Part shown: positions 1-10,815 of the stretch, piece after piece
Position numbering within the stretch: position 1 is the first letter of the stretch
How the letters are laid out: each line of letters starts with the position of its first letter
Source of the DNA: Callorhinchus milii
Lineage: Eukaryota
DNA: 64,000 nt
Assembly (NCBI RefSeq): GCF_018977255.1
Contig: NW_024704742.1
Span: 33,916,001-33,980,000 of the forward strand
Direction: 5' to 3'
Position numbers and translations under genes: made by a program
The notes under the pieces: generated by a model
The model's database searches: none
The model's input: the letters and a program-made list of their open reading frames with translations, nothing else
Told to the model about the DNA's origin: nothing

Positions 1-821
1 AAGTTTCTTTCTAGAGCACCTTGAAACACTGACAAACCATTTATGTAGGAACTGTGAGTGTTCTCACCACAAGTTTGTCACAAATATAAATCCATTGACC
101 ACTAGAGCTGATCTTCACCCAGTAGATTATTAGAACAGATACATACTCATTGCATTACAAAAGTAGACGTATACCCAACAGACTACTAGGTTAGATGTAT
201 ATGAATGTGTACCCACTAGCAGATTTCTGAATTTACATTTGATAATCTTAGTTTGTTGGTGTGATTTGTGGCAGATTCCCAGCTATCAGATGCTATAATA
301 GTGACAAATGTGTTATTGAAAATGAAAAATGATCTAATTCGAGTTCTCAATCAAGAGCTTTTAGAAATTTGTTAATTTCATATTCTTATTAGGAAATCTG
401 TTGAGAAATACCACCGATACACTACTGCATAATGAAATAATCGCTGCTGAGAAGTTATATAAAAAAAACAAGGTTACTCAAAATTACTTGGCTGTCATTT
501 TTTGAATGATGTTGTGATAATAAAAATACATTATCCTATTGGTAGAGGAGTGAGTTTCCATCTAATATTGGAATGTATTACTGTGGACCTCATTATCTAT
601 AACATTCCTGGCTAAAATCTGTCCCATCTAGATTCATTTTAGACATAAAAAAACATGTGGACTATTATTTTAACAATGTCATGAATAGAATTTAATGTTG
701 AGCAAATTGTGGGTATATAGAGCAATTCATTATGCCTATCTCTGTAATATTTCTGGCATGACAGTCTATTTTTCATTTGATAATAACATCCTTCACAGCA
801 GGAAAACGTCTCAAAGCACTT

Positions 822-1187
822 CAACAACAACAACAAATTACACTTGTATAGCACCCTTCATGTCAGAAAAATGTCCCAGGGCGCAGGCAATCAAGAGTTT
901 TGGACCCAAATTGGGAGTTAGGGTCAGAAGTGGAGGAGGGCAGGTGGGGTGGGGGTGAGAGGGTGACTGAAAGCATGGTCGAAGAGGAAGGTCTTCAGAC
1001 AGGACTTGAAGGAGGTAAGAGAGGGACTGCAGGATAAAGTTCCAGAGTATGGGGGCAGAGATGTTGAATTCCCGACCACCAATGATGGGGAGCGAAGTGC
1101 GGGGGACCTGAAGCAGGCTGGTGTCTGCCGAACAGAGGGAGCAGACAGGCTGATATGGGGTTATGAGGTTGGAGAGGTGGGGGCCAT
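822..1187 (-). mobile_element. L2-clade LINE, 5'-truncated 3' end
   Basis: (TTG)n tail and 3' stem-loop on minus strand; translation IIGGREFNISAPILWN is typical of the L2 ORF2 C-terminus; similar to copy at 10478. Confidence 0.85.
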
Positions 1188-1711
1188 CAAGTCTCTCCTT
1201 TGAGTACAAGGTCCAAGAAAATGAAAAAAAACACTTGTTTCACTCATACTGAAGTGTCATTCATAGTCCAGGAAAGCAACGATTTTGGTCACTGGAGAAA
1301 GTCACATCAATCGTATGCAAGGAGAAAGCCAGAAAAGACATGAGCAGCATTCTTAATGACAGATCCACTGCCCAGAAAATGTGGCAGCAGGTTCATTAAG
1401 GTGTCTGAATGATGTGAAAGAAAATCTAAAGCATGAAACTGGCATTCAACAACTAAGTCTGGAAAACCATGTCACAACCATAAGAGGTGAAAAAAAAACT
1501 GACTGAACCACAATAGGTAATCATAGCCTGGAGAGTGCAGAATGCAGAGTGCAAAGGCTGTTTTTATATAATAATCTAAAAGTGTTTTCCCTTCCATGGC
1601 ATGTTGTACAGCAATTGATTTTTAAATTTTGGTTTTAATCACTGGTGATAAGATCAATTTTGCATGTTACCACTTATTGGTGAATCCATAAATAAGGCAC
1701 ATAAATATAAC

Positions 1712-2445
1712 GACAGCACCTTGCAATTATTATAGTGCCCTTCAAAAAGGTTAGTACCAGTGACATAGTTTGACCCCAACCTAGGAGAAAGGGAGGTAAC
1801 CATAGGCATGGTTATAGAGGAAAGTCTTCAGGTATAATCTGAAGTGGAACAAAGAGGGGGTAAGGTGAAAGGATTGAGGTAGGAAGTACCAGAGTTTTGG
1901 GAGGAGAAGTTGAAAGCATGGCTGACAATGGTGGAACAGAGGGATCAAACGATGCACAGAAGGTCCGAGCCAGCTGAGCAAAGACTTTGGGAAGAGAAGT
2001 AGGGTGTGCGAAGATTGGAAAGGTAGGGAGGTGCTCGGGCATGAAATGGTTTGTAGGTGAGTTTGAGGATGTTGAAATTAATCAATTTTACAACAGAGAA
2101 CCAATGGAGCCTGCCAAGGACTGGGGTGACACAATACAATATGTAATACAAATTATATTTGTATAATGCCTTTCATGTCGGAAGGACATCCCAAGATGCT
2201 GATGGAGGTATAGAGTTTGGTATGGGTGAGGATCTAGACGGTGGAGTTTTCAATCAATTAGTCTTTGTGAATGTGGATCTGGGGAGACCAGCAATGGATG
2301 CTTTGCAGAAATTGAGGCAGGCGGTGATAAAAACATGGATGAGGGTTTCAGCAGTGTTGGGTGTGAGGTACGGTCAGAGGCGGGCGATGTGATGGAGTTG
2401 GAAGAAAACAGTCTTGATCAGGTACTAGATGTGAGGTAGGAACGG
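1712..2445 (-). mobile_element. Degenerate L2 LINE, interrupted by a second L2 tail near 2135-2200
   Basis: Minus-strand TPVLGRLHW and LKTFLYNHAY motifs of L2 ORF2, with frameshifts. Confidence 0.7.
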
Positions 2446-3321
2446 CAACAAGGAATCAATAGCCACCAACAGATCAAAAGTAGAGTGTAGGAGGATCTTT
2501 CCACAGATGGTGGTGAGAATATTGAATATAAAGCCATGGTTGAAACAGTAAGCATCAGTGTATTTAAGAGAAACAACAGTGGATACATCAAAGAGAAAGG
2601 AATAGAGTAATATGTTGTTAAATGGGTTTGAGAAATGACTTAGTGATTTTTCTGTGAATTGTTTTGTGAAGCTTTGTGTATTCTTTGGAGTGGCGCTTGC
2701 TACAGCTGAAGCATTGTGTGTGTGCTGGCTGATGATCAAAAACCTTCATTTCATTCAGAAATCTCTCATGGTTCTCTTGCCTGCACTCAGAAGGCATATT
2801 AACATTCAGAAAATATACTTTGTTCAAAAGACTGGAAGTGAGAAGCTGGTAGGATTATTTGCTGGGAGTACAGGACAATGTATTGAAGTTACACTTGTTG
2901 AATAATACACAACATATGTCCATATCCTCAAGTACCAAATACCATCTGTTTTCTATGGAAACTAAACGGTAGTTTCGCTTGCAGCTACAGCTCCAGGAGC
3001 TTCATTCTCTACTCGGTAAATTTACAGCTTTAGTGGTGTGCACTCATAATGAGGTATAACTTTCCTCAACCTCCCACAGCTAATTGCTAGCCTCTACTAT
3101 GTTTCAGATTGAGGCTACAATATATCTAACCTCACATTTATATACCAGAATGAAATGCAATTCAGGTTTGCCTCTAACAAGGTCAATGCTTCATCTATTT
3201 CACAATCTGATTTTACAATGTTACATTTAAATTAATAAGATAAAATGTAACAATCATGTAACAACATTTCTTACACTTTAATTTAATTGCTTGTGTAATT
3301 AATGCATGAAATCATACTTTA

Positions 3322-4198
3322 TATTTTTCCTGTGGATTTCCCATTTCTTTCTGTTTCTCCTCTGGATTTCTCATTTCTTCTCGTTTCTCCTCTGGATTTC
3401 CCATTTCTTCATAGTTTTCCTCAGGATTTCTGAATTTCTCCTCGTTTCTCCTCTGGATTTCCCAATTTCTCCTCGTTTCTCCTCTGGATTTCCCATTTCT
3501 TCCCGTTTCTCCTCTGGATTTCCCATTTCTTCATATTTTTACTCTGGATTTCCCAATTTCTCCTCGTTTCTCCTATGGATTTCCCATTTCTTCATAGTTT
3601 TCCTCAGGATTTCTGAATTTCTCCTCGTTTCTCCTCTGGATTACCCATTTCTTGTCGATTCTCCTCTGGATTTCCCATTTCTTTCCTTTTCTTCTCTGGA
3701 TTTCCAATTTCTTCTTGTTTCTCCTCTGGATTTCTCAATTTCTCCTCGTTTCTCCTCTGGATTTCCCATTTCTTCTAGTTTTTCCTCTGGATTTCTCATT
3801 TCTTCTAGTTTTTCCTCTGGATTTCCCAATTTCTCCTCGTTTCTCCAATGGATTTCCCTATTTCTCCTTGTTTCTCCTCTAGATTACCCATTTCTTCTCG
3901 ATTCTCCTCTAGGCTTCCCATTTCTTCCCGTTTCTCCTCTGGATTTCCCATTTCTTCTCGTTTCTCCTCTGGATTTTCCATTTCCATATTTTTCCTCTGG
4001 ATTTCCCAATTTCTCATTGTTTCTCCTCTGGTTTCCCAATTTCTCCTCGTTTCTCCCCTGGATTTCTCATTTCTTCCCGTTTCTCATCTGGATTTCCCAT
4101 TTCTTCATATTTTTCCACTTGATTTCCAATTTCTTCCCGTTTCTCCTCTGGATTTCCCATTTCTTCTCGTTTCTCCTCTGGATTTCCCATTTCTTCTA
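3322..4198. repeat. Minisatellite, ~30-bp unit TTTCTCCTCTGGATTTCCCATTTCTTCTCG, about 29 copies
   Basis: Tandem periodicity directly visible, with 29-31 bp variants. Confidence 0.97.
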
Positions 4199-5017
4199 GT
4201 CCTGGATGAGAGTCAACTTTCTACAGTTGTACATCAGCAAGACTGAGGCCTTTCTGATTGGGTCACACTAGTGCCTCCGCATCTCAGGCACTGGCAGCAT
4301 CCGTATCCATGGATGCACACTCCACCTCATCAAGCCAGTCAGTAACCCAGGCATCTTGTTCGATCCTCAACTGTCCTTTCTCCCCCACATCTGTGCCATG
4401 ATCTGCTCTGCCATCCCCCATCTCCGCAACATCACACGGCTCCACCACTGCCTCACCCCTCAAGCCACTGAAACTCTCAATCATGCCTTTATTACATCCA
4501 GGCTCAACTATAGCAATGCCCTGCCTTCCCAACTCTTCCCTCCACAAGCTGCAGATCATCCAGAACTCTGCAGCTTGTATCCTCTCCCGCACCAGGCTCT
4601 GTGACCCCATTACACCCACCCTCGCCCGGCTCCACTGGCTCCCCATCCCTCAGAGGATCGAGTTCAAAATTCTCATCCTCCCCTTCAAGACCCTCCATGG
4701 CCTTATCCCTCTTACCTCTCTGACCTGCTAACCTCTTATCAACCTGTCCACTCCCTCCATTCAGCAGGCTCCGGCCTGTTCCATGTCCGCCACCTGGCCC
4801 GCCCCAACATCGGGGGTTGGACCTTCAGCCTCTCTGCCCCCACCCTTTGTCTCTCCATCCCACATTCTCTTTGCCTACATCAAGATGTGCCTCAAGACCC
4901 TTTGGCCACCCTTCCTAATCCCAACCCCCACCGATACGGTCATAATCGCTGACTGTTCAGCGCCTTGGGACGTCCTCCCGACGTGAAAGGCACTTTACAA
5001 ATGTAATTTTGTGTTGT
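4199..5017 (+). mobile_element. L2-clade LINE, 5'-truncated (RT thumb to 3' UTR)
   Basis: FDPQLSFLPHI...HAFITSRLNYSNAL and LQIIQNSAA...LARLHWLPIPQRIEFKIL motifs; ends in stem-loop GCGCCTTGGGACGTCCTCCCGACGTGAAAGGCAC plus TTG tail. Confidence 0.93.
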
Positions 5018-5036
5018 ACAAGTTAACTTTTCATAC

Positions 5037-5139
5037 CTCTAGCGCACTCATGTTATAACCAGCAGAGGGTGTTGTTTCCAACTTTATTGCTTCAGAATAC
5101 AAATCATGCCCAAACACTTTACATGTCCTTGCAACAGTT
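5037..5139 (-). CDS. Internal coding exon (103 bp, phase 2 to 0) of an unidentified gene: TVARTCKVFGHDLYSEAIKLETTPSAGYNMSALE
   Basis: Acceptor ttattgttgacag and donor GAG|gtatga; only one of three frames is open; non-repetitive. Confidence 0.65.
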
Positions 5140-6379
5140 CTGTCAACAATAATATCAACAGCAACAAAAAGCAATAGTGAAACGTAATCATCTATTAAAT
5201 GTTCACATCTACATAATTTACAAATGCATTGTATTCTATTGATGTTGACATTCAATTTTCCAACCTATTTAATGGACTCAGACATTGTGAGTGTATAAAA
5301 TATGTTACAGTACTAAACATAACTAAGAAAGATACATAAGGCTACAGAATTTTGACATAGACATTTTAAAACTGAGAGTATTCAGAGCCAACTGTTCTAA
5401 TCATTGGAGTTGAGTTGTGAAACATATGTAATGGACTTGATCCCATAACAAAATGTATTATTAATGAATATAATAATCTTTGCATTTGATATTGCATTTT
5501 ATATCGAGACGTCTTAAGATATACTCTAAAGTGGATTGAATGTTTTGTTTTAATAATAGCCATATGCATTTTAAGATTAAGTAAAATGAAAAAGTTAACA
5601 CTGACATAGATTTTTGATTATATAGATTCTGCTTCTCTTCCCCCACCTCCAATCTGCTTCCCTAACCCTACCACATGTTTGCCACAAATGCTGCACTTTA
5701 CAGTAAACCCTGTGAAGCGCTTTGAGACGTCTTCGTGATGTAAAAGGAATTATACTGAATGCAAGGACTATTATGTTTTATTAGCATGTTGCAGGTTAAC
5801 CTTAAAGAGAGCATTTTACTCTATTTGGACCAGAACGAGGGAGGTGGGAAGAGGTTGGAATTAGAAATCAAGAGTAGACTAGCAGATAGAAGGAGGTGGG
5901 AAGAGAGCCAGATTGCATTGAGTTAAATTGAGCAAAATATATTTAGCAATGTAGTGTTAAATATGTCAACATGCCTCCTTCCATCACCACAATTAAAGCC
6001 AGTCCAGGATTTGAGGATGCCACTGTTGGGGGCAAGAAGGGATTCAATGTCTGTCCTCAATACTATTCTGCAATTTTGTCAGAAGTACACAATACTCAGC
6101 CAGTAGGTGGCAGGGTAACTACATTCAGCTTGATGCTGGAATGGCTACAGTAATATACATAATAATAATAATAATAATAAACCTTTCATTTGGCAGCCGG
6201 GAATGAGAGAGGAAAAATAACTGTTGGTGCTGGAGAGATAATACTTTAGTTCTTTTTATTTAGGCTATTGTGTGACTTTTCATCCTCTATTTCTTGACTC
6301 AGGTAAAAGCCAAACATGCTTGAAGAACAAGTAAATTCTGATTTTCCTGGATACCTGGTCAAAGTTTACACTATAAAAT

Positions 6380-6560
6380 ATAATCAACTCCTAATTACTC
6401 GACCCTGATTTAAGTTGTCACTATCATTTAAATCATCATGCTGTCAAAAACTTGGCCACATTTATTTATATATTTATACATATGCCTAACTCATCACTCC
6501 AGATAACTCGTCACTGAGCCCTTTCCCCTTGGAGTGACGAGTTATCAGGAGTTTACTGTA
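6380..6560. mobile_element. Short non-autonomous DNA transposon (Tc1/mariner-Tigger-like MITE)
   Basis: Right end GACGAGTTATCAGGAGTTTACTG-TA is the inverse of left CAACTCCTAATTACTCG; related copy at 9310. Confidence 0.6.
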
Positions 6561-7260
6561 GAATGTATTTTTCTGTCATGGTATACAGGGGTCACTCAAA
6601 ACAATCATTTGCATTATGATTAGCTCCAATACAGAACAAAAAAAAACATGTTTTTAAAATGCTTTAAGTAATTGTGTGCATTATGGTACAAAAGTTAGTT
6701 CTATAGAATGACACAAGGTTCTATTGGAGTTTAATGTGCTGGATGTGTAAAGCTATGTTTAAATGCCTGTAATTCCCTCTGTACACATTTGTACAAAGAG
6801 AATTCCAGGCATCCTTAAATATGTTTTTAACATTCAATGAAAGGGATTACATTACAATTAAGGGAACCCGTAATTCCCACTGTGCACATGCATTTGCACA
6901 TCCCGCAAATTAGACCCAGATGTGGTAATCAACTGAATGTGCAATAATAGATGAATATTTCAAACTTAAATTATGTGTGTGGGGTCAGTTAAAGCAGCCA
7001 TTTCCACAAAACAGAGAAAATAAATCTCGAAAATGGTGGGAAGGTTTTATCAATGGCAACTGTGAAAACTCCATTCTAAACGGATACAATGCAATTTTGT
7101 ATCTGTTGTATCCAGATAATAAAAGTATCACCAGTGTTAGTGATCAGCACATAATGAACTTCAATGAGATTCTCCCAAAGGTATCAGACTTGTTCTGGTC
7201 CTGCTGAATGTATCACATTCTTTATTTTATAGATGTGCAAGGTATCCCATCTGCAATAGC

Positions 7261-7575
7261 AATAATAATAATAATAATTCTTGCATTTGATATAGCGCTT
7301 TTCACGTCGGGAGGACGTCCCAAAGCGCTTCACAGAACACACTGTAAAGTGAATTGACTGTATATTTGTGGGCGAACGCGGCAGCCAATTGCGCACAGCA
7401 ATGTCCCAAAAACAGTCGGAGATTGAAAATGACCAATTTATTGTTGTTTTTGGAGGGATTATTATTAGGCGTGTGGAGTAAGGAAACTTGCCCAAGGTTT
7501 CGCCCTCTGCCTGGAATTGAACTCAGGTCTCTCACTTGCAAAGCGAGTGCTCTAACCACTGAGCTACAGGACTCC
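7261..7575 (-). mobile_element. Full-length young tRNA-Ala-derived SINE with Deu-like body and L2-derived tail
   Basis: Head GGAGTCCTGTAGCTCAGTGGTTAGAGCAC... with A and B boxes; tail stem-loop plus (TTA)n; near-identical to 8414-8738. Confidence 0.95.
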
Positions 7576-7967
7576 AATGTGCTTGGATTCTGCAATTACA
7601 ATAATAGAGTAAGTGCAATCTTGTATTTTCCAATTACTTTTTTTTAACAAAATAAAATCCTGATCTGACATTAATAGAAATGTAATACCATAGAGTTTTT
7701 TTCTTAAAAAAGAAGAAACTCATCAGTTATCTGCACCATTTATAAAGCATTGCAATTCACATGTTCAAAGTGCTAATTCACGCCTGCGGTAGGAGAGAAA
7801 AATACATTTGGATATTAATCCTTTCCCGAATAATAATTTCAGTAATTTTCAAGAAAGCCTTCTGATGCACTGCTCCCCCGGGGTCAGCCTAAAACATGAG
7901 CTCAAAATCCTTACATGGGACATTTACCCATCAACTTGGAACTCAGAGATCAGAGTATTATCAGAGT

Positions 7968-8140
7968 GGAGTCCTGCAGCTCAGTGGTTAGAGCACTCGC
8001 CTTGCAAGCGAGACACTTGGGTTCAATTCCAGGCAGGGCGAAACCTTGGGCAAGTTTCCTTACTCCACACGCCTAATAATAATCCCAAAACAAAACAATA
8101 ATAAATTGTTCATTTTCAATCCACGACTGTTTGTGGCATT
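7968..8140 (+). mobile_element. 5' half of tRNA-Ala SINE
   Basis: Same head sequence as 7261 copy, opposite orientation. Confidence 0.9.
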
Positions 8141-8413
8141 GTTAGAGGTGCTGTCCTTTGGATGAGAATTTAAACTGAGGCCCATCTATCTGCTCAAGTG
8201 GACACTAAGAAGTCATGGCACTATTTGAGAAGGAAATTTCTCCTTTGTCCTGTTCCAGTGACCTGGTCAACAATCCTCCAGATAAAATTGATTATTCACT
8301 TCAAGGTTGTTTGTGGGACATTGCTATGTAAATTGGTTGTTATATTAACCTACAAAGTCACTGCACTTTATAGTATATCATGTGAAGCATTTTGAGACAT
8401 TTTGATGACATGA
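8141..8413 (+). mobile_element. Older SacSINE1/DeuSINE-type SINE, 3' part
   Basis: GGTGCTGTCCTTTGGATGAG...CATGGCACTATTTGA Deu-domain-like motifs. Confidence 0.8.
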
Positions 8414-8738
8414 TAATAATAATAATAATAATAATCCTTGCATTTGATATAGCGCTTTTCACGTCGGGAGGACGTCCCAAAGCGCTTCACAGAATATACT
8501 GTAAAGTGAATTGACTGTATATTTGTGGGCGAACGCGGCAGCCAATTGCGCACAGCAATGTCCCACAAACAGTCGTAGATTGAAAATGACCAATTTATTA
8601 TTGTTTTTGGTTTTGGAGGAATTATTATTAGATGTGTGGAGTAAGGAAACTTGCCCAAGGTTTCGCCCTCTGCCTGGAATTGAACTCAGGTCTCTCACTT
8701 GCAAAGCGAGTGCTCTAACCACTGAGCTACAGGACTCC
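8414..8738 (-). mobile_element. Full-length young tRNA-Ala SINE
   Basis: Near-identical to 7261-7575. Confidence 0.95.
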
Positions 8739-9309
8739 TTGCAAGTACTCCAAATGCAAGTATTATTAAATTGACCTTGATTCAGATTATACAGGAATAA
8801 TCAAATAGTTTACTAAAGCACTGAAACATATTTTGTAAATCTAAAACAATTTTAAAAGGAATGCTCTTAAGAGCTTCACCTGGAAAAATACAAAAGAATT
8901 CCAAACTTCCTCTCTATTTTTATTCTTGTTGACCAATCTGTTCTATAAAATTGACAGAAAATGTACATACTACAATGTAATACCAACCTATTCATTTAAG
9001 GCTCTCCAGTGGTGGAAATGCCGAGATGTATGCGAATGGTGCCATTGAAATTCTGATGAATCCAAGAAAGCAATTCCAAATTCTTTGGAAAAGGAGATAA
9101 TGGATAGATAAAGCAAGTGATTTTTGATTTCTATCAGGAAAAGCCTCAAGGCATTTCAGCTAAATGTATATTTATGACTTGGCCTAGATTTTTTGTGTTG
9201 TTATGGTCAGTGAACAAGTGATATATGGAAGGATCTAAGCATAAAATCATAAAATTCAGTCTTAATTTGGAGTCAGTCCTGAAAAGTAACATTCTAAAAT
9301 TCTAAACAA

Positions 9310-9597
9310 TACAGTCAACTCTGGATAAATCGACCTGGCTTAACTTGTCACTGTAGTATAACTCAATCCAAATCAAGGTTGTGTTAGTAGCTTCTTTATT
9401 TGTCAATCCAAACTCTGAATAATCCACCACTCTAAACCACACGCTTTGTCCCACTCCCCAGTCCTTTTCTACTTCCTGCCCTTATTCCTATGAGGGGCAC
9501 TGGGAGCATAAGTAGAGGACCAATGGTTAACTTGTCACATTGGATAATTTGTCACTAGGACCTTTTCCCTTGAAGTGATTATGCAGGGTAGACTAAC
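9310..9597. mobile_element. Tigger-like MITE, second copy
   Basis: Starts TA-CAGTCAACTCTGGATAA; shares TTGTCACT and CCTTTTCCCTTGAAGTGA blocks with 6380-6560. Confidence 0.55.
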
Positions 9598-10477
9598 CTA
9601 CCAACTATTGCCCCACCAATATCAGACTGAAACAGAAAGAGGCAATATTAATTGTTAAATGGGAGAGACATAAGCACAAATCTCCAAAATGTACAGTACC
9701 TCAGTTTGATCTGAATACCATTTGTTGTTCAATTTTCATAATAAATAAAATCTCACTTAGACTATTTGTGTTAATGGATCATTTGTTTATTTTCTTTAAG
9801 TTAAGGACAACTTTCTAAATGCAAGTTACTGAGTATTGTTTACTAAGAGCAAACTGAAACCTCAATTAAAGTAGAATTGGATTGCGTATCTGCCAGGAAA
9901 GCTTTTTGCTTGCATAATGCTGAAAGATATTGAAAAGGTATCTACTGAATGCAACAGTTTATCAGGCATTGATTGTTTTATTTTTATTTTCTAAAAAATG
10001 AACTTGGGCAAAAACAGGCTTTCAATTCATTCACTTTCATCCAGGCTTTCAATTCAGGCAAAATAATGGCCATTAAGTCTTTTATTCCTCAAAGATTCAT
10101 ATTTGTGCCTGCTCAAATGGTTATAGCATTAGAGCTCTGTATAGTTCAATTAAAAAAAAGTATAACTAAATACACTCCTTCAAAACTGAGCCATCAAAGA
10201 ATTTGATCTGATTTGAGAAGATTGAGAAAGTCTTTAATCAAGCTGCTTAAAATATTCTAAAAATGACATTTTAAAATTGAGAAAGAATTATAGTGGCTGA
10301 GAAATAAATTCTCAGGTCCTCATGTATGGAATATAGCAAAGAGACATGCCGGTCATGAAGCTGTTTCACCTCCAGGATGTCGAGTGGCAAGTCAATATTT
10401 CCCTTCCTGCCTGCAACTGCTATCTCATTTCTATAAATCCACCTGACATCTCGGTCCTGGATTAATCAAATAAGATG

Positions 10478-10815
10478 AACAACAACAAATTACACAGGCA
10501 TAGGCCCTTCACGTCAGAAAGAAATCCCAGGGCGCTGCGCAAACGGATTTTGATCCGAGTTGGGGTCAGAAGGGGAGGAGGGCAGGGGGTTGGGTGAAGG
10601 CACGGTTGAAAAGGAAGGTCTTCAGATGGGTCTTGAAGGAGGCAAGGGAGGGGGTGAGGATAGAGTTCCAGAGTGTGGGGGCAGAGATGCTGAACACCCG
10701 ACCGCCAGTGGTGGGGCAGGAAGTGCAAGCGACATGAAACAGGCTGATGTCCGCTGAGCAGAGGGAACAGACAGGCTGATATGGGGTTATGAGGTCGGAG
10801 TGGTAGGTGGGGCAA
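10478..10815 (-). mobile_element. L2 LINE 3' end
   Basis: (TTG)n tail and stem-loop; similar to 822-1187. Confidence 0.88.

Noticed and set aside
3322..4198. CRISPR-like array
   Set aside because: Units are contiguous with no unique spacers; eukaryotic context and no cas genes
3306..4246. 297-aa and overlapping ORFs
   Set aside because: Artefacts of the stop-poor 30-bp minisatellite
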